64,000 nucleotides of DNA from Octopus sinensis (Eukaryota). Shown here piece after piece: positions 63,001 through 64,000 of this stretch. Both the position numbers and the translations under genes were made by a program. The stretch covers positions 43,710,001 to 43,774,000 of the forward strand of contig NC_043002.1 in NCBI RefSeq assembly GCF_006345805.1, read 5' to 3'. Numbering within the stretch: position 1 is the stretch's first letter; the number at the start of each line of letters is the position of its first letter. A model generated the notes under the pieces. The model did not search any database. It was not told the DNA's origin and saw nothing but the letters and a program-made list of their open reading frames with translations.

Positions 63001-64000
63001 AATGACTGAAACAAGTAAAAGAGTAAAAAGAGTAAAGAAAGTATTCCTGCCATCCTATAGATTTCGTTTATGGTTTTTCTTTTCTCTTTTATTTGTGTCT
63101 TGAAGATTAGGTTTTTTGCTTTGTTTAGATTACAATGAATTGAATAAGGCATTTATTTTGTTCACTATTTTCTGTACTGTATCAGATCAAGCCAAAGTAA
63201 ACACCTCCTCATTTTCCTCTGATAAAGACTGACAAAATAATGTTTGTCCTGTTGTATTTTGGGATTAAGTTGCCTGCTATTGATTTGGTTTGAGCTACTT
63301 TCGGCTATAATTTTGCTGTCAGTGGAAACAGTAGTGATACAGCTCTTATGTTGGGTTAAACACTACTACTCAGAAAGAAGTGAATGTATTTACAGGAATT
63401 TTCATCACCAACAGTTTGTAAGTTAAGAAGTGATGTTTGGAAGCTGAGAAGGAGCTGAATGCTGTGCACAAAAATTCTCAGTTCATTGAAATTTAATAGC
63501 TGCTTGAAGACAGTATGCAAAAGTCCAGTGGCAGATGTTAGTGACTCTCAAGGTAAAGCGGAAATGATTCCAAGGAATTATGGATTAATCTCTCTCAGTT
63601 AATTTACATGCCTAGAGGGAGTGTTAGCAATGGACATGTTTCCATTTATGAGACCTCATCAGTGTAGCATAGTCCATTCAAGCATGCTTGATTAGTAGAC
63701 AAAGATTTTTCTTCATCCTCATCACTATCATCATCACTACCACCACCACCACACCTGTTTTTCATGCTGGCATGATTTGGATAACGTGCTACTGTCTGAG
63801 TCAGCTCTTATTTGGAGTTACAGCCCTCTTAGATCGGTCTAGAATGATAACGTCTCAGTTGTATGTTTAATTTGGCATGGTTTCTATTGCTAGATACCCT
63901 TCCTAACACCAGCTACTCTACAGAATGTACTGCATTTTACCATGCTACCTGCATTAGAGAAGTTGTCATGTCCTTGAAAAGACTAAAGAGTCCCTATGTA

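Noticed and set aside
63625-63670. Minus-strand CTGATGA...GAAAC-AT-GTC
   Set aside because: Core and triplet are present, but helix I and the base of helix II do not pair.
38797-64000. IFT54 exon 3 (expected DKD-KI-FLQK-ID...AGHEPE-TN)
   Set aside because: Not found by eye. AG/GT-bounded stretches at about 51023-51092 and 63395-63416 do not match IFT54. The exon is probably beyond the window, though I may have missed it.

Overview
Eukaryotic, AT-rich window dense in microsatellites and transposons. The SINE families and repeat landscape are most consistent with an octopus genome, which is an inference and not shown directly. Only one host gene is firmly identifiable: IFT54/TRAF3IP1 on the + strand, with coding exon 1 at 32368-32490 and exon 2 at 38728-38796, preceded by an RFX X-box-like motif. 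I could not find exon 3, so everything after 38797 is probably intron 2. The rest is nested mobile DNA: Penelope-like elements (PLEs); CR1, RTE and Hero LINE fragments; an irritans-type mariner split by a non-autonomous tRNA-Trp-primed LTR element; maT, hAT, pogo and Helitron derivatives; and several SINE families. The main unexpected signal is a set of type I hammerhead ribozyme (HHR) motifs in non-coding, (TA)n-flanked modules from several unrelated sequence families. These are a 495-bp tandem array with one HHR per unit (3431-5577), a 489-bp tandem-plus-inverted module (33943-34731), two fold-back insertions (35741-36088 and 52403-52923), and further copies at about 1.6, 15.1, 24.0, 53.2, 57.6 and 59.2 kb. 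Together they look like a PLE-driven retrozyme or circular-RNA system, and several motifs have unusually long helix II. All ribozyme calls come from manual base-pairing and have not been tested for activity.
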